The position numbers and the translations under genes were made by a program. DNA of 64,000 bases from a bacterium (GTDB lineage Bacteria > UBA8248 > JACPRG01 > G963555815), in NCBI GenBank assembly GCA_963555815.3, contig CAUVWX020000001.1:1312001-1376000 (forward strand). Reading direction: 5' to 3'. Below, piece by piece: positions 30,180-39,059 of this stretch (its first letter is position 1; each line of letters begins with the position of its first letter). Under the pieces are notes generated by a model. It was not told the DNA's origin and searched no databases. It was given only the letters and a program-made list of their open reading frames with translations.

Positions 30180-31512
30180 TCAAAAGTCCACCCGGGCTCT
30201 CACGCCGGGGAACACAATGGCATCCTGACTCGGGTCTCCGTTCCGGTCAAAAACCATCTGCGTGAAGGCCGTCACAGCCAGATGATCATTGAGCACATAG
30301 CGGTAGTAAACCTCTCCCAGCTTTTCCCTGGCCGTGAGCGGGGAGTTTGCAGGCAGGGTGCGCCGGTTCCGCCACACTTCGCTCCAGCCGAACGCAAAGA
30401 TGTCCTCCGGCCTCTGTGGAATAAGCCCTTCGACCTGACCGCCCGCGCTCCACGCCTGAAAGGTGCCGAAACCATTTCGGTCCCTGTCTCGCCATCCGTA
30501 TCGCCCGAACAGGGTGATGTAGTCCGTCACCTTCTGATCCAGGCTCACGCCAAATCCAAGCCCCCCCTCGTCTCTGTTTGCGGAGGCGCTTCGAACTAAG
30601 TCATCGACCGTCGCGTAGAATCGGTAGTTGCCCTCGAGGCCGAACGGATTGAACGTGAGATCCACCTCCCCGATGCCGTAGGGGTGATCAAAAAGGTCGT
30701 CGGTTTCATTGCCGTCGCCGTCGGTGTCCTGAGCCCGGCCTGCCGCTTGCAGGGTGAGCCACTCCGTCGGCGCCAAGGCCACACGGAAGCTTGCCCCCGC
30801 ACCTCTCGGGGCCGAGCCTAAAACGGCGCTGTTCCTCAGTGACCCGGAGATGAACTGAAAATCTTCGCTGGCGGCCACGGCGCTGGTGTCGAAATAGTCG
30901 ATGAGCCTGATCTTACCGGCGCTGACCGTGAAAAGGTCATTGTAGAAGGACTGCTCTAGGAAGGCGGTGAAGACCTCCACCCTCGCGTCGGTCGAGCCCG
31001 CGTCGAAGTTGAGTGTGGAAAGGGTGGAAAGGTCGCCGTCCGGGCCGTCTCCACCGATGGCCTCCAGGTCCAGCAAGAAGAACCCATGCGAGGAAATGGG
31101 GGCTTCAAGGATGAGGTCCAAGGATGAGGTCCACCGAGGCCGCCGCAAACTGGGAGTCGCCCCCATCGGCGTCATCCACGCCGAACGAGCCTTGCAACAC
31201 ACCCGTTACCCCGCCGCTCACTTTGAGCTTGTTGATGGTCTCGACGAATCTGGATTTTTCTTTTGCGGCGGTCTCAACGGGGGGGGTGCTGGCGTCTTTC
31301 GCCTGCAACTCTTGCAGCCGGCTGCGAAGGGTGTCCAGCTCCCCCCGAAGCCCTTCCAGTTCGCCGACCTTCTCCTGAAGGGCCTCGATCTGCTCCCTCA
31401 GTATGTCAAGGTCGTCGGCCGTTTGCTGACTCCAGGCTGGCCCTGAAAAAGCCATCGAAAAGACAGCCAAAAAAACCAGTGCCCGCCCTCTTTGAAGTCT
31501 GAAGAAGCACAT
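30180..31512 (-). pseudogene. carbohydrate-selective/OprB-like outer-membrane porin, frameshifted by a 13-bp tandem duplication
   Basis: Signal peptide + coiled coil + KVSGGVTGVLQG..SVDLIL in one frame; DLILEAP..beta strands..GVRARVDF (C-terminal Phe) in another; CAAGGATGAGGTC repeated at 31106-31131. Confidence 0.8.
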
Positions 31513-31567
31513 CAATCCTCTCCTCTCCGTAAAGGGTTGCCCGTTCCCTGGGCGCGGTAACCAAATG

Positions 31568-31600
31568 GCCCTCCAGGGCCTGCTGGAGGCCCTGGAGGGC
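31568..31600. terminator. strong GC hairpin upstream of the porin (terminator/attenuator-like)
   Basis: 14-bp stem GCCCTCCAGGGCCT / AGGCCCTGGAGGGC with a 5-nt loop; no clear U-tract. Confidence 0.5.
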
Positions 31601-31762
31601 AAAAGCGTGCCCCCACTCGACCCTCTTCGAGCCTGGCTCAACTCTCCGAACAGGAGGACATCCCGATTACCGTCCAGGAACGAAAATCTCGGCTCCTGCG
31701 TTGGAGCACGTCTGCCGGATCCCTCCGGGCCCTTGAAGCCTGCGGCGGGGCCTCTTTAGGTG

Positions 31763-33091
31763 TTAAAAGTCGTAGGCCTTTTCGCCGTGGACCGAAACGT
31801 CCAGGCCTTCAGCCTCCTGCGCCTCATCAACGCGCAAGCCCACGGTCATGTCGACGACCTTAAGAATGAGGTAAGTCGGCACCACGGACCAGATGCCTAC
31901 GGCCACCACGCCGATGGTCTGGATTCCAAGCGCCTTGCCGATGGAGAGGCCCGGGGCAAGCCCGAGGCCGCCGAGGGCTGTGGTGGCGAAGATCGCGGTC
32001 AGGAGAACGCCCAACACGCCGCCCACACCGTGCACGGCGAGGACATCGAGGGAGTCGTCGATCTTGAACTTCTTCCTGATCAGTATCTTCTCCTGGACCG
32101 CCCAGGAGCAGACGAAGCCGGCAAGGAAGCCGATGGCGAGGGCGCCGATGGGACCCACAAAGCCGGACGCCGGTGTGATCGTCGCCAAGCCCGCGATGGC
32201 GCCGGTGACAATCCCGATGAGGGTGGGTTTTCCGTACTTGATCCAATCGGTAAACATCCATGTCAGCGAGGCCGTGGCGGCCGCGATGTGGGTCACCGTC
32301 ATTGCCATGCCAGCGTTGGCGTCGGCCGCCAGGGCGCTGCCGGCGTTGAAGCCGAACCAGCCGACCCACAGCATGGCCGCGCCGGCCATCGTCATGCCTG
32401 GGCTGTGAGGCGGCCTGACATCTGTTGGAAAGCCCTTGCGGTGGCCGAGCATCAGCGCGACGACGATCGCCGACACGCCGGCGGTCTCATGCACGACAAG
32501 GCCACCGGCGAAGTCCATCACCCCAAGATCGGCGAGCCAGCCGCCGCCCCACACCCAGTGTGCGACCGGGGCGTATACGATGAGAAGCCACAGGGCACTG
32601 AACAGGAACATGGCGGCGAACTTCTTCCGCTCAGGATAGGCGCCGACGATGAGCGCAGGCGTGATGATCGCGAAGGTCATCTGGAACATGAAGAAGACAG
32701 TCTCGGGGATGTCACCGTACAAGGTGTTGAGGCCGACGCCGCCGAGAAATGCCTTGCCGAGACCGCCGATCCACTGGTTGGCACTTCCACCGTCGCCGAA
32801 GGCGAGGCTATAGCCGACGACAAGCCACAGGACCGAGGCTAGGCAGGCAATGGTGAAACAGTGCATCAGAACCGAGACCACGTTTTGAGAGCGGACGAGA
32901 CCGCCATAAAACAGCGCCAGGCCCGGAAGGGTCATGAAGAGGACCAGCGCCGTCGCGGTGAGCAGCCACGCCGTGTTGCCGCCGCTCAGCGACGAGGGAC
33001 CTTGAGCCATGGCCAGTGATGGCAACATCAGGGTGACGAACGTTGCAGCGAGTAAAACCCAGAAGGTGTTCCTCAGTGGTGTTCTTGACAT
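31763..33091 (-). CDS. amt: ammonium transporter
   Basis: LALFYGGLV, FQMTFAIIT, DFAGGLVVH, LWVGWFGFNAGS, DDSLDVLAVHG (both pore His present); RBS AAGGAGG. Confidence 0.96.
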   Translation of the reverse strand: MSRTPLRNTFWVLLAATFVTLMLPSLAMAQGPSSLSGGNTAWLLTATALVLFMTLPGLALFYGGLVRSQNVVSVLMHCFTIACLASVLWLVVGYSLAFGDGGSANQWIGGLGKAFLGGVGLNTLYGDIPETVFFMFQMTFAIITPALIVGAYPERKKFAAMFLFSALWLLIVYAPVAHWVWGGGWLADLGVMDFAGGLVVHETAGVSAIVVALMLGHRKGFPTDVRPPHSPGMTMAGAAMLWVGWFGFNAGSALAADANAGMAMTVTHIAAATASLTWMFTDWIKYGKPTLIGIVTGAIAGLATITPASGFVGPIGALAIGFLAGFVCSWAVQEKILIRKKFKIDDSLDVLAVHGVGGVLGVLLTAIFATTALGGLGLAPGLSIGKALGIQTIGVVAVGIWSVVPTYLILKVVDMTVGLRVDEAQEAEGLDVSVHGEKAYDF

Positions 33092-33248
33092 CCCGTCAGC
33101 CTCCTTATGATGGGACGAAATCATTCCCCATTTCCACCGGTTCTCTCATGCGAGAACGTTGAGCTGTCGCGTCACTGCCCCCCCTATGGGTTTCCCGTTT
33201 ATTGCGCTCTCTTTGGTTCTCTTGTATTGCAATTTTGGCAGGGGACAA

Positions 33249-33323
33249 TGGTGGGGCGTGCTGGAATCGAACCAGCGACATCTGCCGTGTGAGGACAGCG
33301 CTCTACCGCTGAGCTAACGCCCC
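33249..33323 (-). tRNA. tRNA-Val(CAC)
   Basis: GGGGCGTTAGCTCAGCGGTAGAGCG CTGTC CT CAC AC GGCAG ... GGTTCGATTCC ... CGCCCCACCA cloverleaf. Confidence 0.96.
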
Positions 33324-33429
33324 ACGGCGCTCGGCGCTCAGGATAGGTGCCCTCACCCCACCCTGTCAACGGAGGATACAGGGATTCCTCCTTGACCGCA
33401 AACGGCAATCGCCTCAGGGCTCTTCCTGC

Positions 33430-33681
33430 TCAACGGCCGAGGATATCCTCTCCTTCTTCCTGGGGCTGTTCCCCCCCGAGAAGGCCCCAGTTTCTCCAGA
33501 TCCAGGCCGAGAGGCCGATGGCCCCAGCAAGGACCAGAAGCACGACAGGAAGGAGCAGCGCAGCGTTCACGCGCCCTTGGGGGTCCTCCAGGTAAAGCCA
33601 GCGCTGGGTCACGTCAGAGACGAAAAAGCCCGCAAGGACCCAGGCCAAAGCCGCCAGGAACACAAGGAGGACACGTCTCAT
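33430..33681 (-). CDS. small hypothetical membrane protein (2 TM)
   Basis: MRRVLLVFLAALAWVLAGFF...ALLLPVVLLVLAGAIGLSAWIW, 83 aa. Confidence 0.6.
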   Translation of the reverse strand: MRRVLLVFLAALAWVLAGFFVSDVTQRWLYLEDPQGRVNAALLLPVVLLVLAGAIGLSAWIWRNWGLLGGEQPQEEGEDILGR

Positions 33682-34092
33682 GGGGTATTCACCCGCACCC
33701 CCCCGCCCGCGGCCGGGGGGACGTCTGCGAAGGAAGTGGGAGAGGGATTCAAAGGGGTTGCCACCGGATGAACCCGGAATCGAGTTCGTGCCGACAGCTG
33801 CATAGAACCCTCCTCTTCCCCACACCTGTGGCTTCGCCCGATCTCGGGCGAAGCCACGAAAACAGTTTCTTATTTTAACCCATCCGCCATTCCTTGACCA
33901 TCTCGCTCTTCCAGCTGGAGATCCAGCATGCCCTGCCCACCTCTTTCATCCGCCTTTACAGGAGGGTGGACCCTTCCTATACTAATTTTGAGGCCTGTGT
34001 CGAAGGCCGCGGGCTCTCGTTTGGAGCCAGCGCAGGATAGAGACATAGAGTCCTGTCCCCGTCTTCTGAAGTCTCCTTGTGGAGGTCCTCTC

Positions 34093-35091
34093 GTGGATAA
34101 AACTTCTGAAAAACCGGTGAACGAGATATCAGCGAAATTGGCTGAGGAAAAATATAACGCGACCGTTCATTCCATCCACAAACCCCATTCAGAGCTCATG
34201 ATCCTTCGGGTCGTCCCCGATGCCGGCCCTGTGAAGTTTGAGCCCGGCCAATACGCCACCCTGGGCTTAGGCTTTTGGGAAGACAGGGCGGAAGGCACTC
34301 AGGAGGAGACGGAAAAACAGAAACAGAAAAGAGAGAAGCTGGCAAGGAGGCCAGAGTCCTTTTCACATCCTGTCCTGACCGACGACAAGAGTAAGCTCAT
34401 AGAGCCGGACGAGATGTTTTTTAATGAGTTTCTGATGAACCTTGTCAAGGAAAACCCCGAAGGCGCTAAACCTCCTGAGCTGACCCCCAGGCTCTATCAT
34501 TCTGCCATTCAAGAAGGGTCGAGAATTTTTATTGATGAACAGCCCAAAGGGATCTACGTACTGAAGCTCGACGATCTAAAGAAGAAAAAGCACATCCTGT
34601 TCGGGGCCACTGGAACGGGCGAGGCACCCCATAACGCCATGATCTGGAGGCTATTGAGGGAAGGATATGAGGGCAGGATTACCTCCATCGTATGCGACAG
34701 GTACCGGCGCGACCTGGCATATGAAGAGCTGAATGATGTGCTTGAAGACATGTACAAAAATTACACCTATATCTGGCTGACGACGAGGGAAGCAGAGAAT
34801 CTGGAGAATAAGATGTATGTCCAGGATTTGATTATGACGGGCCAGCTCGAAGATCGCATCGGGGAGAAACTGAACCCGGAGACGATGGAGTTTTACCTGT
34901 GCGGAAATGACGCAATGATAGGCATCCCGCAGATCGACAGAAACACAAAAGAGAAGGTCTACCCCAGAGATCCGAAGAGCAACAAGCCAGGCGTGATAGA
35001 GGCGCTTGAAACCCAGCATGGATTCAAAATGGATCCCCTCTCCAGGGCGTCCAAGGAGAGAGGGAATATCCACTTTGAGAAGTGGTATTAA
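34093..35091 (+). CDS. ferredoxin/flavodoxin-NADP+ reductase-like FAD/NAD(P)-binding oxidoreductase
   Basis: FEPGQYATLG, ATGTGEAP, DLAY, TTRE, YVQD, FYLCGN, C-terminal HFEKWY; GTG start after GGAGG. Confidence 0.8.
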   Translation: MDKTSEKPVNEISAKLAEEKYNATVHSIHKPHSELMILRVVPDAGPVKFEPGQYATLGLGFWEDRAEGTQEETEKQKQKREKLARRPESFSHPVLTDDKSKLIEPDEMFFNEFLMNLVKENPEGAKPPELTPRLYHSAIQEGSRIFIDEQPKGIYVLKLDDLKKKKHILFGATGTGEAPHNAMIWRLLREGYEGRITSIVCDRYRRDLAYEELNDVLEDMYKNYTYIWLTTREAENLENKMYVQDLIMTGQLEDRIGEKLNPETMEFYLCGNDAMIGIPQIDRNTKEKVYPRDPKSNKPGVIEALETQHGFKMDPLSRASKERGNIHFEKWY

Positions 35092-35191
35092 AAATCTGGA
35101 AACTTCGCGCCAGACTCCTCAGATAGGACTCCTGTCCATTTTTTAGTGGAAACCAGTCGGGTATTTTCGTCCGGTGGTTGGAGTGAGTCCC

Positions 35192-36280
35192 ATGAAGCGC
35201 TCTCCTCTGCACGATGTCCACATTGAGCTGGGGGCTGTCATGAGCGAGGCGGGAGGCTGGGAGATGCCCGCCCACTACGGCGATCCCCAGGCCGAGTGCC
35301 GCGCCGTCCGGGAGGCGATAGGGCTTTTGGATTGTTCTCACCGGGCAAAGCTCCGGGCGACGGGGAAAGACCGGGCCAACTTCCTGAATTCTATGGTGAC
35401 GAATGATATCGCAGGGCTCCAGATTGGGCAGGGGACCTACGCCGCCATGGTCACCGACAAGGGAAAGATGGTGTCAGACTTCCGAATTTATATTTTCCCA
35501 GATCACCTCCTCCTGGAGGGAGACGCCGAGACCCGAGAGGCCGCTTATCAGGGGCTTGAAAAATACAACTTGGGTTATGACTGCACCCTTGAGGACCAGA
35601 CGGAGGAGTGGGGACTCCTCTCTCTGCGGGGGCAGGGGGCAGCGGCCCTCGCCGGGGCCGTCCTGGGAGAGACCTTGGAGCTCGGCCCGCCGTATCGGTG
35701 CCGGGAGGGGAGCTTTTCAGGACAAAAAATTCTCTTGGCCCATGGTCCCACGTTGGGAGAGGAGGCCCTCGACCTCTTCTTCCCGGCGCCCGGGCTTCGG
35801 GACCTCTGGGAAGCCCTCAGGCGGGAGGGCGGCGATAGGCTTCGCCCCGTCGGTCTCTCGGCCCTCGAGATCCTTCGGATAGAGGCGGGGGTCCCGCGCT
35901 TTGGGGTGGACATGGACTCGAACGTGAACCCCATGGAGGCGGGCCTCCTGAGCGCCATCAGCTTCACCAAGGGCTGTTACATCGGCCAAGAGGTCATCGC
36001 CAAGATCGACTCCCTGGGGCACGTCAATAAGAACCTCGTTGGACTTTGGGTGGAGGGTGACACCCCCCCCGCGGCGGGATCCGTCATCCTCGGGGAAGGG
36101 AAGAAGACGGGGCACATCACCAGCGCCGTCCGCTCTCCCACCCTGGGCCGGGTCATCGCCATGGGCTACGTCCACCGGAGGTTCAAGGAACCCGGCCAAG
36201 CAGTAGAAGTGGAACTCGACGGCCGCCACGAGAAGGCCGAGGTGGCCAAGACCCCCTTTTATCGAAGAGCGGCTCGATAA
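35192..36280 (+). CDS. YgfZ/GcvT-family folate-binding aminomethyltransferase-like protein
   Basis: GWEMPAHYG, LRIEAG, YgfZ signature KGCYIGQE, ITSAVRSPTLG. Confidence 0.88.
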   Translation: MKRSPLHDVHIELGAVMSEAGGWEMPAHYGDPQAECRAVREAIGLLDCSHRAKLRATGKDRANFLNSMVTNDIAGLQIGQGTYAAMVTDKGKMVSDFRIYIFPDHLLLEGDAETREAAYQGLEKYNLGYDCTLEDQTEEWGLLSLRGQGAAALAGAVLGETLELGPPYRCREGSFSGQKILLAHGPTLGEEALDLFFPAPGLRDLWEALRREGGDRLRPVGLSALEILRIEAGVPRFGVDMDSNVNPMEAGLLSAISFTKGCYIGQEVIAKIDSLGHVNKNLVGLWVEGDTPPAAGSVILGEGKKTGHITSAVRSPTLGRVIAMGYVHRRFKEPGQAVEVELDGRHEKAEVAKTPFYRRAAR

Positions 36281-36343
36281 ATATCTCGCCGGTGGTCCGA
36301 TTTGTCCCCTAAGAGGGGGCGGCCGTCTTCCCGGGAAGTAGGC

Positions 36344-36373
36344 TTGACACCTTTTCGAGCGCCCTCGTATATT
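36344..36373 (+). promoter_or_regulatory. putative sigma70 promoter of the tRNA-Lys/tRNA-Glu pair
   Basis: TTGACA (36344-36349), 18 nt spacer, TATATT (36368-36373). Confidence 0.55.
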
Positions 36374-36410
36374 GGGAAATAGCCCTATTTTTGGGAATTC
36401 AACCTCTTGA

Positions 36411-36486
36411 GGGCCGCTAGCTCATCGGGTAGAGCTCCTGCCTTTTAAGCAGGTGGTGCCAGGTTCGAGTCCTGGGCGGCTCACCA
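36411..36486 (+). tRNA. tRNA-Lys(TTT)
   Basis: GGGCCGCTAGCTCA..CCTGC CT TTT AA GCAGG..GGTTCGAGTCC..GCGGCTCACCA. Confidence 0.96.
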
Positions 36487-36524
36487 ATCGTCTGAGACCC
36501 GCTCTGGGTCTCTTTCCTGAGGAC

Positions 36525-36599
36525 GTCCCCATCGTCTAGCCCGGTCTAGGACACCGCCCTTTCACGGCGGTAACGGGGGTTCGAATCCCCCTGGGGACG
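36525..36599 (+). tRNA. tRNA-Glu(TTC)
   Basis: GTCCCCATCGTCTAG..CCGCC CT TTC AC GGCGG..GGTTCGAATCCCCCTGGGGACG, followed by CCCA rather than CCA. Confidence 0.95.
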
Positions 36600-36901
36600 C
36601 CCAAAATATCAATAGGTTACATAGATTATAGTGATACCGCAACTCTCACACCCTCCTGGGTGTCCATATAGGCGTCTATAACCCGTCGCAAACTGTGTAA
36701 TTCAGTCACACTCCGTATCACTTGCTATTTTCTGTGAATCCTTTAGGTTCCCTGACTAACCGGCCACAGTGCCATTCGCCGGAAAGGAAAAGGGGGAAAT
36801 TGTGTAACTATAGAAAATAATTGCCTTTCTATAATTGAGTGCGTAGTATATAAATAGAGTATTTTTTGCCTTCTTCAATTCCCACAGGGGGATGACGTCT
36901 A

Positions 36902-38153
36902 ATGCAAACCCGAAAGAGATGTCCGTATCTGAAATGGTTCGCGCTTTCCCTCACCATCCCGGCGCTGATTCTTTCCCTGTCCCTGCAAGCCAAAGCGCAA
37001 GAGCTGACAGAGTTTTTCGACGATGATGATGACCACGAGACCACGTTCACAGTGGGGGGAATTGAGTTCGAAATTATTATTGCTGAGGAGGACAATGTCC
37101 CCGTTTCGGCGACCACCGATATTTCCGGGGATCGGCAGCTTTTCGCAAACCGTGATTGAATTTGCAAACGACACTGAGAGGATTGAAGTCACCCTCGTCC
37201 TTTTCGGCAAGACTATTAGTCGCACGTTCGAGGGGGACGTAGATACCACGTTCCTAGATGCGGCCGACTTTGTGGTCGATGAATTGCTGAAGGCATTGGC
37301 CGGTGTTGGGGATAACGCCGCAGTAGCCAGCGCATCCGGGCTTGAATCGTCGCAGAGTGTTCAGAATGACCTTTTTGACAACGTGGTGCTGCAACGGCAG
37401 CCGACTAAGATGGAGCTAATAGAGCGTGCAAGGGCGGAGGAAGAAGGGGTGGCGGAGCTACCCTCTTCTGTCGGCGCCCTGCTGAGGTTTGAGGGGTTCT
37501 CCTTCCGAGGGCAGAGCGGATTCGCGGTTGGGACGACGCCAGCGTATGAATACGAGGGGGAAAGGCTTCGCTCGGGGGTTCTTCTGCCATACGAAAATGT
37601 CAACACTGAGGAACCGAATGTGGGGTTTCATCGGATCGGGCTCCTCGCCTATGCCAGCTACGCGGTGTTGACGGACGACCCCGATCCCCTCACCCTGCGG
37701 TTGGGGGGATATGGAAGCGTGAGTGCGACGGTATTTCACGCGGGGGATAGGCTTAAGGACTTTGCCACCTTTAGTGGCGGGCCCACAATCAGCGCGGAGA
37801 AGGAGTTCAAGACCCACATCATCGAGAATGTCATTGAAAGCATCACGGCCAGTTTTGGGTTCACTTTAACCGGCTCTCGAGCGACCACGCCTGGATCAGA
37901 GACGAAAACGTCGATCAAAACGGGGTTCAACCTGGGGGTTCCCATTGCCGACAATTACGTAGCCAACCTATTTACCGCCTACAACGTTCAAGTAGCCCCA
38001 AGCGTTCCCGACCCAGATTATTTCGACGTAGGCGCAGAGTTCATCATTTTCTTTACTCAGCTCCTTTCCGGAACCTTAGGGGTTAAGACGGTGCAGGGCC
38101 TTGAGGAATTCAAGTCCTTTGAAGGGTTCTTAGGGGTCATTTATCGGTTCTAG
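36902..38153 (+). CDS. putative outer-membrane beta-barrel protein (apparent +1 frameshift at about 37122-37130)
   Basis: Signal peptide ending AKA-Q in ORF 36902; second frame has amphipathic beta strands and ends GVIYRF; frames join on removing one base in ATTTCCGGGG. Confidence 0.65.
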
Positions 38154-38274
38154 TTATTTGCCTCGGTGCCTCTCAGGTTGAGCCGCTTATCGGGGGGCAC
38201 CCCTTCGCTCTGCGGGCTTCGCCCACTCAGTAACCATCCCTGGACCTTGCTATATTTGTTCACGGGAGGAACCG

Positions 38275-38928
38275 GTGATGCCATCCAAGGTGGCCTTCCT
38301 TAGCGCCCTCCTTTTCTTCTTGATTGGGCCGACATTAATACCTGGTGCAGGGGTCGATGTCGGCTGGGCGCAGAAAAAGAAAGTGTCGGTCGTTGGCGTC
38401 GTCACGGAGGTGAAGGATAAGACCTGGCGGGATCATCGGATCGGGTTCGGAATCGCCAACCTAATTTCCCAAGAGCTTTTTAAGTCCGGCCGGTTTACCG
38501 TCGTCGAGGAAAAAAAAGAGGTCCTTGAACAAATTTCCGAGTTCACACGCCGGAATTGGACCAACCCTGAGAACACTCCCAGGGGCGAAAAGGCCCTGTC
38601 CCTGGCAAGAAAATTGGAAGTCGACCTTGTTGCGGTCGGTCGAGTGATTTCCTACAGTCATGGACGGTCCCGACTTGCAATTGGACTATTCGTTAAAGGG
38701 CAACAAAAGATCGTTGTAAATGTGGAAGTTGGAATTATTGGAAAGTCACTTCCAAAGACCTTGCTTGCTCAAGGAGAGGGAAGCTCTAAGTTTACCTCGC
38801 AGGGACTCGTATTCGAGCTCCGGAAAGATGTGGTGTTGTTTGACGAAACCACTGTCGGCCGGGCGACGAAAGCGGCGGTCAGGGAGGCCATTAACCGGCT
38901 ATTAGAACTCCTACCCCCTTCGATTTGA
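38275..38928 (+). CDS. CsgG/HfaB-like exported protein
   Basis: Signal peptide; GIANLISQELFKSGRFTVVE, ARKLEVDLVAVGRV, VGRATKAAVREAI pattern of the CsgG/TolB-N-like fold. Confidence 0.65.
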   Translation: MMPSKVAFLSALLFFLIGPTLIPGAGVDVGWAQKKKVSVVGVVTEVKDKTWRDHRIGFGIANLISQELFKSGRFTVVEEKKEVLEQISEFTRRNWTNPENTPRGEKALSLARKLEVDLVAVGRVISYSHGRSRLAIGLFVKGQQKIVVNVEVGIIGKSLPKTLLAQGEGSSKFTSQGLVFELRKDVVLFDETTVGRATKAAVREAINRLLELLPPSI

Positions 38929-39059
38929 GGGGATTGGGAAGAGAAGGAGATTTTCTTTGGAATGCCCAACCCGGGGTGACAGGGACCGACGGTATACACG
39001 GGATGGCGCAATTGAATGAGGATTGAGGAGCGAGGGTTTATATTAAACGGAATCATAAG

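Noticed and set aside
31760..32842. Long antisense ORFs (for example 31760-32842, 17089-18087, 26868-27902, 58515-59630)
   Set aside because: Shadow frames of well-supported genes on the opposite strand, expected in GC-rich DNA.
36494..36512. Hairpin between tRNA-Lys and tRNA-Glu
   Set aside because: Short 7-bp stem typical of tRNA spacers; no evidence of separate function.
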